From Vicugna vicugna (lineage: Eukaryota), in NCBI GenBank assembly GCA_013265495.1, contig MU058463.1, positions 558,001 to 622,000 on the forward strand: 64,000 nucleotides of DNA, in the 5' to 3' direction. Below the pieces are notes generated by a model that was not told the DNA's origin, ran no database searches, and saw nothing but the letters and a program-made list of their open reading frames with translations. This document shows positions 12,831 to 25,419 of this stretch, one piece after another. Both the position numbers and the translations under genes were made by a program. Every line of letters begins with the position of its first letter. Position 1 is the stretch's first letter.

Positions 12831-13744
12831 GTAATAGATTTTTACAGATTACAGAATTGGTAAGGGAATCTTGATGATTATGTCAATGAACTATGTTTAG
12901 GGAACTGTAAGAAATGGGAGTTCTTTGGCTTGGGTTGATATATTACCTATTATATAAAACTATATATGTAGCTGGTGCCCAGTCTGTGACTCCTCATATC
13001 ACCATCAAATTTTGTAGTCCATAAATCTGAGAGAGTTTGGCAATCTCCTAATCTTCACCAGTTCTGATTCTTCTAGATCTATATAAGAAAATTAAGTGAA
13101 GAATAGTTTTTTTTTTTAAACTTACTATTATAATTTGGGTCCATAAATGGGTAAATAGCTTTGCTTTCACTGTAAACTTATAGGTGACTTGAGAATGATC
13201 AGAGAGCTTCAGTTTGTAAGTTTGAAGATAATTTCAGACAATCACTATAAGGTCTCTTTGCCACCAAATTATTCTGTGTTGATAATATCAACTTACTAGG
13301 TGTTTTGCAATGTAACTAATTATGTATACCAGGAGATTTTAGTTGTATTTCACAGGCAAAGCTATTGCACATCTGGAGTCAATATTTCTAAATGATAACA
13401 TTTAAAAATAGCATCATTAGGGATATTTACATTTACAGAAACTAGTAGAAGAGTTAAAAATATAGCATAAATCTAAATAGAAATTTTGCATTTTTTTTGC
13501 TCACCGTGGATTCAAGTTTTATGTAATTTTGTCTCAAAAGTTATATCTTAGTTAGTATTCTTATCTGTTTGTTTCATCTTGGAAGTTTTTAAATTGCATA
13601 GCACTTTGAATTTTCTTTTAGAACTTCAAACAGCACCTGAGTAAATAAACCTTATCTTAAAAAAAAAACTTTGTTTCAACTGAGGCTATAAATTGGAGAC
13701 CTGCAAAATCATGCTGTATATTTTATTTGCAAGTATGGATACAG

Positions 13745-13801
13745 TTAGATAGATAGATAGATACAAAGATAGAAATAGAGATAGAGATAGAAAAAGAGAT
13801 A
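13745..13801. repeat. Degenerate (GATA)n/(GATAGA)n
   Basis: Directly visible. Confidence 0.75.
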
Positions 13802-14435
13802 AACCTCCCTGAAAAACTGATAGCTAAAAATGCATGGATTTGACACATTTTTAAAGAAAGAATATTTAGGACTTAGAAGTTTTGACTTTTAGAATCTTAT
13901 ATTTATTTTCCATTTGGGGTACATGTCTAAATATTAGCAAAAATACTTCTTTATTGTACACAATTTATGAGATAATTTACTATCTCTCTTTAAATAAAAT
14001 AATGCTGATTTTCAGATTTTACATGTTATTCATAATAATATGTCCGTCTTACTATTGAACCAGTCATTACAATGTGCAGATAATATGGGTCAAATCAAAG
14101 ATGGGATACAATTTTTTTTGTAGACCAATAGTTGATTTCAAACCCTGTCTCTACCATAAAAATGATCATTTAATACATATTGTTGGAATATTTATTTAAC
14201 AATCTGGAAAATATATAAATTGATAACTTCTGCTTTATACCGTATACCTGTAGCATATTAAGCATGTATTAAACTGTAAATTTTGAAAGTTAGAATATCA
14301 GTTCAAATACATTCTAAACCTAAATGTAATTGAAGTAATAATAAAAAATGTAGAAATACATTTTACCACATACCATTTTTACATTCTGTCCATGTCATTC
14401 AGGATAAATAGAAAAAAATAATTAACAAACTAGAT

Positions 14436-15277
14436 CGAGTTAGCAAACCATGGTCTGCAGGTGACTCCCAGTCTATTGCTTGTTTATGTATTACCTAAGA
14501 ACTAAGAATGCTTTTTACATTTTAAAATATTATTTAAAAAATAAGAGTCAGAGCAGAGTATAAACTGTGCACTCTGACTTCCCTCTAAAGGGTACAGTAT
14601 GGAAATGAGGAAAAAAGTAACCACACAGTAGAGGAAGCTTACAAACACTACCTCAGCTAGGTGATCAAGGTGAACATCAACACCCATAAATCATGGTGAT
14701 AGTGTGTGACCTTTGAAATGGCATGATGAAAATGGCACCTTACCTCTTGTGATCTTCCATCCCCAAACCTATATCCCTAGTCTAATAGTGAGAAAAAGAT
14801 TAGACAAATTCCACTGGAGCACATATTTCAAAATACTTCAAAACTTTCAAAATCATGAAACACAAGGACAGTGTGAGAAACTGTCACAGACAAGAAGAGC
14901 TGAATAAGATGTGGCAGGAGAATGTGATGTCATATTCTGGATGGGATCATGGGACAGAAAAAGGACATTAGGAAAAGACTAAGAAAATGTGAACAAATTA
15001 TGGGCTTTAGTCAATAATAATGTATCAATATTGGTTCATTATTTATAACAAACATACCATATTAATGTAAAATGCTAATAATTGGAACAGTTGTATAGAG
15101 GGCATGTCAGAACTTTGTACTATCTGCCCAAATTTTCTGTAAATCTAAAACAATTCTAAAAAATAAAGTCTATTAACATTGGTAATAAAAGAAACATGAG
15201 ACATGGAACATATTTCTCCTCGAAAGCCTAAAATGTTTATCTTCCGGCCCTTTATAGAAAACATTTGCTGATATCTG
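14436..15277. mobile_element. MER58-like hAT-Charlie MITE split by an L1 insertion
   Basis: TIR remnants 'gttagcaaac' and 'tttgctgatatctg'; internal 'ctaagaatgctttttacattttaaa' and 'aaagcctaaaatgtttatcttccggccctttatagaaaa'. Confidence 0.7.
14545..15177 (+). mobile_element. L1MC/L1MD-like 3' end
   Basis: 'caaacactacctcagctaggtgatcaaggtgaacatcaac' through 'ttttctgtaaatctaaaacaattctaaaaaataaag'. Confidence 0.8.
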
Positions 15278-15306
15278 AATTACATTTTAAAAAAGATTTT
15301 ATCTCT

Positions 15307-15344
15307 GCCAGTCTAGCTCAGTTGGTAGAGAATAAGACTCTTAA
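15307..15344 (+). pseudogene. tRNA-Lys(CTT) 5'-half retrocopy
   Basis: gccagtctagctcagttggtagagaataagactcttaa versus tRNA-Lys-CTT GCCCGGCTAGCTCAGTCGGTAGAGCATGAGACTCTTAA (33/38 identical); similarity stops at the anticodon loop (CTT 15340-15342). Confidence 0.75.
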
Positions 15345-15499
15345 AAGTACTGCATTTATGCTATCAGGTTAGGAAGAACTATGGTGAAATAATAATCCCA
15401 AACCTCAGGAGTTTAGTTCAGTTTAGGTAGGAAAAAATTCCTAGTTTTTCTTTACAATAATCTTATTTCAGTCATTTCTTTTTTACTGATCTTACATAC

Positions 15500-15640
15500 T
15501 ATATTGAAATCATATTTTGAATGTCTGTCTTGTCTACCAGACAGTCATATCTTAGGAGGAAGGAACTAGGCCTATTTATATATCAAGTGTACTATCCGGA
15601 ACACAGAGTGGATGAAAAAAAAATATTTGTTGAACAGAAG
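15500..15640 (+). mobile_element. L2 3' end fragment
   Basis: 'gtctgtcttg...ggaacacagagtgg...aaatatttgttgaa'. Confidence 0.5.
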
Positions 15641-17100
15641 TAAAGTCTTTTAAAATATAACTTCAGATAAGCATGACTTCTCAACAGCAGGATATAATAT
15701 ATTATAAAGAATTATATTGAAACCTGTCTGATCTGTAGTGGAGAACAGCCTTCAGAGAATGAAACAGAAACAAATACTGTGGGGGAGAAATTAATAGGGT
15801 CAGGTTTGCAGAGTTCAGGTTTCAGTGTGTGGTAAACCAGGTTTCAAACTGCTAAACGGAGAACTCTGTGCTTTTAAGATGTACTATTTTTATGTACCTC
15901 ATTTACATCATATTTTGGGGCATAGATAACAATATTCACTACATAAGAATGTTGTGATGAATAAATGAATCTATGCATGTAACCTCCTCAAGCATCTCTA
16001 AGACACAGCAGAAATCAAATATGTTAATTTTACTACACTGTAATGCTAAGATAATATTCATATTTTTATAAAATATGCAAATGCTATACCTTATTAATGT
16101 CATAGTAACATGTATGTTCAAACAAATGCAAACTATAAATATATTTGCAAATATAGAATAATATTCATGTCATTTGATTTGCTGACATTTATTTTTAAGA
16201 GAGCAGTTGGATTTGTCTTTCTCATTCTTAGGCTTTATGAAATAGCTTTAGAACTGGAAAAAGAAAGCTTTCTAGTTGTCATTCAAACCTTTCTCAGAAT
16301 TAATTTAGGAATTATGGTATGCCTGAGAAACTTATTTCCTTAATGGATTTGCATATTTATTTCAAATAAATGTATTTGACATTGCATCAAATCACAAATT
16401 TTTACAGATTTGCTGCTTAACTGTAATAAAAGCAGTAGATATATTTCTTTTTGAAACAATCAGTAATCTTACTATTATGACCTATTTTTAAATAATATCT
16501 ATTTTAAAGTTACATTTTTGTATTTTTGTATTATTCTCAGAAAATTAATGTAGCATAACAATTTAGCATTTTTTTCATTGGTAATCTGAAATTGTACCCC
16601 CTAAACTAGAGGTAGTTTCAGAAACTAACCAAATAAATACAATTCTATAATATATTATTTATGTTACTACTATTTAAGTGTCATTAATAATCATTACATT
16701 TATATATATGCAGTTGTTTACTGAATATAATAAATTAAAACATTTTTAAACTGGATATATTTTCTTTAATCATATTGGGAAGCTGTTATTCCTGAAGTGA
16801 TACACATTAAAATAGAATAATAGAAGATTTCTCTAGCATATCATTTTCTGTTCTCCAGGAGCATTTTACACTGAGTAAAAGATTTATTTTCATATATATT
16901 AAATAATTGGAATGATTCTGTGCAAATAAATTCCACTTATACTAGTTTTAAAATACATAAAATATCACTTTATTGGGTCGTGTTTGGGCATTTATTGAGA
17001 AGTAAAATTATATCTTATCTAGAAGAATGGAAAGTGTATGAAACAGAGAAATGCTAAACATTTAGAATATCTTCTTCCAAATATACAGGCAGGATCTGCA

Positions 17101-17136
17101 GTGTGTGTGTGTGTGTGTGTGTGTGCGCACGCACGT
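17101..17136. repeat. (GT)12 microsatellite with a GC/AC alternating tail
   Basis: Directly visible. Confidence 0.95.
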
Positions 17137-17622
17137 GACACTTAATTTTTATTTATATATTAAAGGAAAATTAAATATAATTATCAAGAAATATTTTAAA
17201 AATTTAAATTAGTGAATAAGGAATTTAAGACTGGAAATGAATATGTACCTGTCTGCATCATTTGTTTATTTTTTTGTAAAATATGTATTGTGTTCTTTTT
17301 TCTAAATTTGATCATGACACAGAATAGAATAGTCTTTTTATCATTAATCATAAGATCTGATCTTCTAGTCATATTTTGAGTATTACCAAAAAAAATAAAT
17401 TAAAGGAAAGAAAGCAAAACAGTAAAAATGTTTTACTAAAAAGGCCTGAGACCAGAGAATTAGAAAAATATTTCTCACCTTGCCATTATACCTTCTATTC
17501 AGGAAATTTAAAATCCTATGCAATGCCATTAGGCATTCAAAACCTTTGTTAAACTAATTTTTTTATTAGTTACACAAGTTATGACACTTATTCACAGCAA
17601 AACACACATAGAAAATAAAGAT

Positions 17623-18190
17623 CTTGCAACCAAGATGCCCTTCAGTAGGTGAACGTGTAAATAAACTGTCGTACATCCCAGCAGTAGAATTCACACTAAA
17701 AAGAGATGAGCTGTCAAGCCATGTAAAGACATGGAGGAAACTTAACTGCATATTACTAAGTGAAAGAAGACAATCTGAAAAAGCTATATGCTGTATAATT
17801 CCAAATTCATGACATTCTGAAAAAGGCAATGGAGAGAGTAAATGTTGGGACTGAGGGAAGGATGAATTGGAAGAGCACAGAGGATTTTTACTGCAGTGAA
17901 AATACTCTGTATAATAATATAATGATGGGCACATGTCATTATACATTTGTCCAACCCCATAGAATGTAAAACACCAAGAGTTACCTGTAATGAAAACTAT
18001 GGACTTGAAATGATAACAATGTGTTAGCTTAGGGTTCATCAGTTATAACAAATGTACCACTCTTATAGGGGATATTCATAATGGGGGATGTTATGCACAT
18101 GTAGGGATAGGAGAATATGAGAAATCTCTGTATCTTCCCCTCAACGTTACTGTGAATCTAAAGCTGCTCTGAAAAATAGTCTTTAAGAAA
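17623..18190 (+). mobile_element. L1MC1-like 3' end
   Basis: 'gcaaccaagatgcccttcagtaggtgaa', 'agacatggaggaaacttaactgcatattactaagtgaaagaag', terminal 'gctgctctgaaaaatagtct'. Confidence 0.85.
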
Positions 18191-18599
18191 ACCATCCAGG
18201 ACCCCTGGATAATTTTGGACATAAGTGTAATACCTAAATCTAAAGCAGATTTTAACTTTTGTCTTGAAGATCCATGCAAAGGACTGATGAAACTTGGTTA
18301 AAATTAATAAGATTAGAGAATTAAATGAAAATAAATGAAAACTAATATTTATTTCTGGGGTAATATGTTCTCAGTAACTCATGAGACCTAATTCAGCTTT
18401 TTCAGAATTATGATGGTATGAATTACATTAACCTAAAACTGTTCAATTAGAAATAGCCAATTATTATTTAGAAAATATTTCATGGAGTTGCTGCAAAATA
18501 CTATAATAATTTAACATGTCTACTGATTTTTTTAAGTTTACACACCATAATTATGTTTATTATCCTGATTAATTTTGCTTTATTTATATAACTGACAGC

Positions 18600-18900
18600 T
18601 CCACTTTCTAAGCTCCCATTTGCTCCTCAATTCACACTAATAAAACATCGATCTCTATATGCTTCTAAAATAACTCTTGTTAAGAAGAACCCAGACCATC
18701 ACTTTGAAATTCCAGTATCACCACATCTGATTTTTTTTACATTTTACAGTCTCTTAGCAGTTATTGTCCAGCTAGAAAATTATTTTATTTTCAAGTTCCT
18801 TTTACTCTTGATTTCTGTGTTGTATGACTTACATGTAATTTTCAAATTGTCTTCATTCTAATTATCCTCAGTGAACACTTAAAAATCTAGAGTAGTAAGA
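18600..18900 (+). mobile_element. Degenerate L2 fragment
   Basis: Weak similarity to the L2 RT region ('taactcttgttaag', 'tctcttagcag'). Confidence 0.35.
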
Positions 18901-19279
18901 CCCTGATGCATGTACACAATGGATATTATTATCACTGGTTATTCAATATTCATTAGAGTGTTTTATATCAATTATATTTGAGCATTGTATGACATCTATT
19001 AGCTTAACGTTTCTTTTTGAATGAACTTTCAGTATACTGTGCAGAGGAGATTTCTGGTAATAATGCAATGGTATTTACAAAGTAAGTAGTAAATAAATGA
19101 TTATTAAATTGAGTGGATTAGGCTACTAAATTTTATGGTTCAGTTCCTTAGTGCCATTTCATGCTAGATTTTATTTACTGAGGTTTGGCTTATTTAGTAT
19201 ATAATTTTGCAAAAAGTCTTTTGTTTATTTCTGTTCTGTTTTATAGAAGCCTTGATGAACTATGGATAGGCATTTTTTT

Positions 19280-21746
19280 TAACATTTTTTATTGATTTAT
19301 AATCATTTTACAATGTTGTGTCAAATTCCAGTGTTCAGCACAATCCTTCAGTCATTCATGGACATATACACACTCATTGTCACATTCTTTTCTCTGTGAT
19401 TTATCGTAACATTTTGTATATATTTCCCTGTGCTATACAGTGTAATCTTGTTTATCTATTCTACAATTTTGAAATCCCAGTCTATCCCTTCCCACCCTCT
19501 ACCCCCCTGGTAACCACAAGTCTGTATTCTCTGTACATGAGTCTTTAGATTCCACATATGAGCGATCTCATATGGTATTTTTCTTTCTCTTTCTGGCTTA
19601 CTTCACTTAGAATGACATTCTCTAGGAGCATCCATGTTGCTGCAAATGGCGTTATGTTGTCGGTTTTTATGGCTGAGTAGTATTCCATTGTATAAATATA
19701 CCACTTCTTCTTTATCCAGTCACCTGTTGATGGACATTTAGGCTGTTTCCATGTTTTGGCTATTGTAAATAGTGCTGCTATGAACGCAGGTGTCATCCTG
19801 AAGTAGATTTCCTTCTGGATACAAGCCCAGGAGTGGGATTCCTGGGTCATACGGTAAGTCTATGCCTAGTCTTTTGAGGAATCTCCACACTGTTTTCCAT
19901 AGTGGCTGCACCAAACTGCATTCCCACCAGCAGTGTAGGAGGGTTCCCCTTTCTCCACAGCCTCTCCAGCATTTGTCATTTTTGGATTTTTGAATGACGG
20001 CCATTCTGACTGGTGTGAGGTGATACCTCATTGTAGTTTTGATTTGCATTTCTCTGATAATTAGTGATATTGAGCATTTTTTCATGTGTTTTTTGATCAT
20101 TTGTATGTCTTCCTTGGAGAATTGCTTGTTTAGGTCTTCTGCCCATTTTTGGATTGGGTTGTTTATTTTTTTCTTATTGAGTCGTATGAGCTGCTTATAT
20201 ATTTTGGAGATCAAGCCTTTGTCGGTTTCACTTGCAAAAATTTTCTCCCATTCCGTAGGTTTTCTTCTTGTTTTATTTCTGGTTTCCTTTGCTCTGCAGA
20301 AGCTTGTAAGTTTCATTAGGTCCCATTTGTTTATTCTTGCTTTTATTTCTTCTAGGAGAAAATTTTTGAAATGTATGTCAGATAATGTTTTGCCTATGTT
20401 TTCCTCTAGGAGGTTTATTGTATCTTGTCTTATGTTTAAGTCTTTAATCCATTTTGAGTTGATTTTTGTATATGGTGTAAGGGTGTGTTCTAGCTTCATT
20501 GTTTTACATGCTGCTGTCCAGTTTTCCCAACACCATTTGCTGAAGAGACTGTCTTTATTCCATTGTATATTCTTGCCTCCTTTGTCGAAGATGAGTTGAC
20601 CAAAAGTTTGTGGGTTCATTTCTGGGCTCTCTATTCTGTTCCATTGGTCTATATGTCTGTTTTGGTACCAATACCATGCTGTCTTGATGACTGTAGCTCT
20701 ATAGTATTGTCTGAAGTCTGGGAGAGTTATTCCTCCAGCCTCTTTCTTTCTCTTCAGTAATGCTTTAGCAATTCTAGGTCTTTGATGGTTCCATATAAAT
20801 TTTATTATGATTTGTTCTAGTTCTGTGAAATATGTCCTGGGTAATTGGATAGGGATTGCATTAAATCTGTAGATTGCCTTGGGCAGTGTGACCATTTTAA
20901 CAATATTGATTCTTCCAATCCAAGAGCATGGAATATCTTTCCATTTTTTAAAGTCTTCTTTAATTTCCTTCATCAATGGTTTATAGTTTTCTGTGTATAA
21001 TTCTTTCACCTCCTTGGTTAGATTTATTCCCAGATATTTTATTACTTTGGGTGCTATTTTAAAGGGGATTGTTTCTTTACTTTCTTTTTCTGTTGATTTA
21101 TCGTTAGTGTAAAGAAAGGCAACTGATTTTTGAACATTAATTTTGTAACCTGCTACCTTGCTGAATTCTTCGATCAGCTCTAGTAGCTTTTTTGTGGACC
21201 TTTTAGGGTTTTCTATATATAGTAACATGTCGTCAGCATATAATGACACTTTTACCTCTTCTTTTCCAATTTGGATCCCTTTTATTTCTTTCTCTTGCCT
21301 GATTGCTGTGGCTAGGACTTCCAGGACTATATTGAATAGGAGTGGTGATAGTGGGCATCCTTGTCTTGTCCCAGATTTTAGTGGGAAGCTTTTGAGTTTT
21401 TCACCGTTGAGAACTATGCTGGCTATAGGTTTGTCATATATAGCTTTTATTATGTTGAGATATGTTCCCTCTATACCCACTTTGGCGAGAGTTTTTATCA
21501 TAAATGGGTGTTGAATTTTATCAAATGCTTTTTCTGCATCGATTGAGATGATCATGTGGTTTTTGTCCTTTCTCTTGTTGATGTGATGTATTACATTGAT
21601 TGATTTGCGTATGTTGAACCAGCCTTGTGTCCCTGGGATGAACCCCACTTGGTCATGATGTATAATCTTTTTTATGTGTTGTTGGATTCTATTTGCTAAA
21701 ATTTTGGTGAGGATTTTGGCGTCTATGTTCATCAGTGATATTGGCC
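19280..21746 (-). mobile_element. Young 5'-truncated LINE-1 (~2.47 kb)
   Basis: Perfect TSD GGATAGGCATTTTTTT (19264-19279, 21747-21762); TTTT/AA endonuclease site at 21762/21763; minus-strand AATAAA at 19288-19293; ~260-nt 3'UTR. Confidence 0.97.
19545..21746 (-). pseudogene. L1 ORF2p fragment (RT + cysteine-rich C-terminus), no endonuclease, frameshift near 19785
   Basis: [30 protein letters not shown] (21229-21240), KYLGI, CCHC motif CWRGC..HCWWEC; the terminal segment [10 protein letters not shown]...SLICGI lies in a second frame. Confidence 0.95.
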
Positions 21747-22464
21747 GGATAGGCATTTTTTTAATATATAAGTACATCATATCCATATTACCCTATTTTC
21801 CAGCATATGCATTTGAAGCACTCAGCTATGTGATATAACTGTCACAACTAAAATCCTGCATTTTTAAAAGGTATTTCATCATTGATAATAAAGCATATCC
21901 AAAATAAATAAAAAAGAAGTAGAAATGAACATCTAAATTATATTGTGCTCTATAAGAAGACAGTTATTTTGTTGAGTCTTTTTGAGCAGCATAAATACAA
22001 AATAAAATGATTCTGAAACTCCTAGTTATTTGCAACTCACTCTGTGCCATACTATACATATACCATAAACTATTAGGGAAAATTGGAAAACTATTGGGGA
22101 AAAATCTATAATAGAGTAATATAAATGTAAAATTTAGAACTATATCTCTGTTTACATTTAATTTTTATCCCTTATTGTAGAGATTTCACTATTTTGATCT
22201 GTTCATATCAAATCTTAGTGAATAATATTTCATTCATTTACAATAAATCTTATTAAGTGAAACCGGATACAATTTCATGCAGGCTCAGAATAATACATTT
22301 GGATATGCATTGATGTTGGAGTTCCTGATGGAAATTTGTTTTAAAGCAGGTTGCAATAATCCAATTTCATTTTGACAAGTTACTGCTAAATGTCACTCTG
22401 GGATATTTAAAAATATTTTTTTCAACTTCAGAAATAAAATTTTAAAGTTGGAAAAAGGATAATG

Positions 22465-22575
22465 TATATCATTTATGTCAAAACCATTCGTTCTAAATTT
22501 GAGAAAACTGTTGCACAGAGGGGATAGGTAATGTGCTTAGTCACATAGCTAATGGAGATGTGAAATTGGAAAATA
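22465..22575 (-). mobile_element. MIR core fragment
   Basis: 'tgagaaaactgttgcacagagggataggtaatgtgc...gtcacatagcta'. Confidence 0.6.
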
Positions 22576-23239
22576 ATTTTTTGATGTGACTACATTTTAA
22601 TGTGTCAGCTTTGCAGCAAGGAAGCCATAGAAAGAGAAATTTGGGAATGGATACAAGTCTTTTAAATCAAGGCTAAAGGAACTTTTCCCGTAAGGAATTG
22701 TGACTTGGAGATTATTTCTTTTTATTTTTCCTAAGCCTCTAATCCGAAGAGTTTGTCAGCAGATCCTTGTATATTCATTAATGTAAGATTAAAGGAAAGC
22801 ATGGCTTTCTGAGAATGAATCGATGCATAATAGCACTGAGTTTTCTTAATCATTGGACAGGATGCTGAACTCATTTCTTCAAAGGAGTTACAGTTATTTG
22901 GTGGAGATGCAGGAATATTTCTGTAAATTGTTTTGAGAAAGTTTTTAAGAGAATGTTCTCAAGGTTGTTTAACTCCCTACAAGGTTAGATGATGTTTAAG
23001 AAGTAAAAGAAATTTGAACATAAAATGGGAGCAGAATCTCAGAACTGAGAGATGTTGAGGATACTAAGCAGTACACTTAAGAATAGCCAACAGAGCCAGA
23101 TTTAAAATCAACAGAATCCTCAGTGCATATTCATATAGATTAAAAATCCACTTTATACAGTCATTCATACGATATGTTTCAAGGTTTATGCCATGCACTC
23201 AAAAAAAAGTAATGATGAGTAAATAAGATTATTTGCACA

Positions 23240-23465
23240 ATAAGTATCCATTCCAAATTGAGAGCCTGTAGTACAGCTGATAATATTTCAGATACTAGGC
23301 AAACAATAGTAAATAAGACAGAGCCCTACCCTCAATTATTTCAAAATTTGTGGAGAAATAAATGTTCATTTAAAAGTCAAGGTGTTATAGTAAGAAATCT
23401 AATGAAAGAAAATAGGTGGTTTATAAAAATGCAGAACAATAGAGATAATCCTTTGGATGAGTTTT
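23240..23465 (-). mobile_element. L2 3' fragment
   Basis: 'tccattccaaattgagagcct...aatagtaaataagacagagccctaccctc'. Confidence 0.5.
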
Positions 23466-25419
23466 AAAGGAGCAACATGCGTTTTCCTAGTATATAATAG
23501 GGCAGTAGAATCCCAGTGACAGTGATGTAAATGCATACTCACAGATGGCCGATAGTGAGCCTGGGGAATTTAGAAAATCGCCTGGGTAGACTCTGACATT
23601 TTAGCCTGAGCCCCCTTGCCTAAAGAGAGTGTTCATATAACTTTGAATATTTAAAAATGGATCAAATGGTTGAATTATTAAAATATAAATCTCTTTAGAC
23701 TTTCTTATGACTTCTTCAGCTCTTCTCACTGCTGTTTCCAATTCAGAGGCACTGCCATTCTGTAACGTCATGTCTTTCTGCCAGCTTCATTGTCCAGTTA
23801 GTTTCTACACTGATAGTGTACTGTTTGTATCCAATTTGTTTTTGTTGGTCAAATTGTTTAACAGATTGTTGCCAGATAGCCCTGTCAAGTACTGTCCTAG
23901 AAGCCAGTTGCAGTAATTATCCCAGATGTCACTTTCCAGTGCCAAATATTATTTTTTTGCATGTGTTTGTTTTTTGCAATGCAATTATCGTATTTTAAAA
24001 CCTGCTAAAATATATCTATATTTCCTACTACAAATAGAAATTAGTCTGTTCTGGAAATGTCATACACGGCTGTGTCTGAAATACAAATAAGGCATTATTC
24101 ATATAATGAGAACATAGAATAAATGTTCTATCACTTACAATCTCCTGTTTGTCATTTATCATTTATCATTTTCATTTTCATTTATCACTTTCAAAATTTA
24201 AAATACTTGTGTTTGAGGATTTTCACTCCTCATTTCTCCCTTTTCCAAAAAAGGAGGAATGTTCTTACTTTTCATTCTTTTTCTATCTCTTCAAGTTCAA
24301 AATAAGAAACTGTTTATAAATAAGGAGACTTACTACTTATTACTGTGTATGTCAAAGCAAAAACATTGTCAAATGTGTCAGATCATACTGTAAACAATAC
24401 CATGACATCGACCAATTATCTCTAGATGGTTTCTTACAAAGTCTTTTAAGAATGAAGCATAAAAACATTTTGGCCTGGAACAAAGCATTTTTAGGTGATC
24501 TTGAAATTGGCAATTAGGGGAAAATAGAGAGGGAAGTCCTCAGACAGAATTTTGATAGTTTATTGTGCTCTAATCTAGAGAAAATCTTTTAATGAAGACT
24601 CTTTGGGTAACTTTTGATAACATAATAATTTTAATCTTTCCAGTTAAGTAGCCCCATGGATAAAATTGAATTGTAATACCCATTTGCAAGGCAGAAACTA
24701 TATATAATCTGTCAAGTGCCAAGACATTCTGAGATGGATACACAAACTGCCTGTGGTAGTCTCTAATCTAAATCTATGAGACTTTGATACAATAGACAGG
24801 AAGCTGAGTCATTTTGACTTCATTATAGAAATGGAATTATCCCACATTAAATATATATCAATAACAGCAGGCCTTTTATGGAAAAAAGCTATTATTTAAA
24901 TTGTTTTTAAAAAGCATCAGAATAGTTGGAAAATATATGTATAGCTACACTAAAATTTTGTTCTTCGTAGTACACCAGGTATAACTAATATCTGAAAAGG
25001 AAATATAAACATCTCTTATCATTTGAAGCATTCTTAGTAATTTAATATTTAAGATATCATTATTGAAATTTGGACTATCACTGAATTTTAATGACTGAAT
25101 TCAGTACTTTCAGGTTATTTTTTATAATAAACTGGTATTTTTTAATTATTTCTGATAATCCTGTCCAAACCTCATTGGATGAATGCTAATGTATCCTATT
25201 CCCTATTTAATTTCTGTTCATTTCCTGCAGCTCTATCATTTAGTAAGGCTGAATGTCCCACTTTATAACTGTTTCTAATAACTTATTTTTTTCAATTGAT
25301 GTTATGGAATGGGAATTTCAGATCATTGGAATATCCCCCAAATGAATAAAAACAACCAGAAAAATCTGAATTTCAGAATATTCTATAAGAAAATCAACAA
25401 TGTTATGACCAAAAGGGGA

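Noticed and set aside
17566..18039. 157-aa ORF as a gene
   Set aside because: Antisense to an L1MC 3' end; no domain similarity.
20039..21514. Plus-strand ORFs of 186, 65 and 118 aa
   Set aside because: Antisense frames of L1 ORF2, a common artefact.
19280..21746. Autonomous active L1 or a bacterial-type RT system (retron, DGR, group II intron)
   Set aside because: The protein is plainly mammalian L1 ORF2; it lacks the 5'UTR, ORF1 and endonuclease and has a frameshift.
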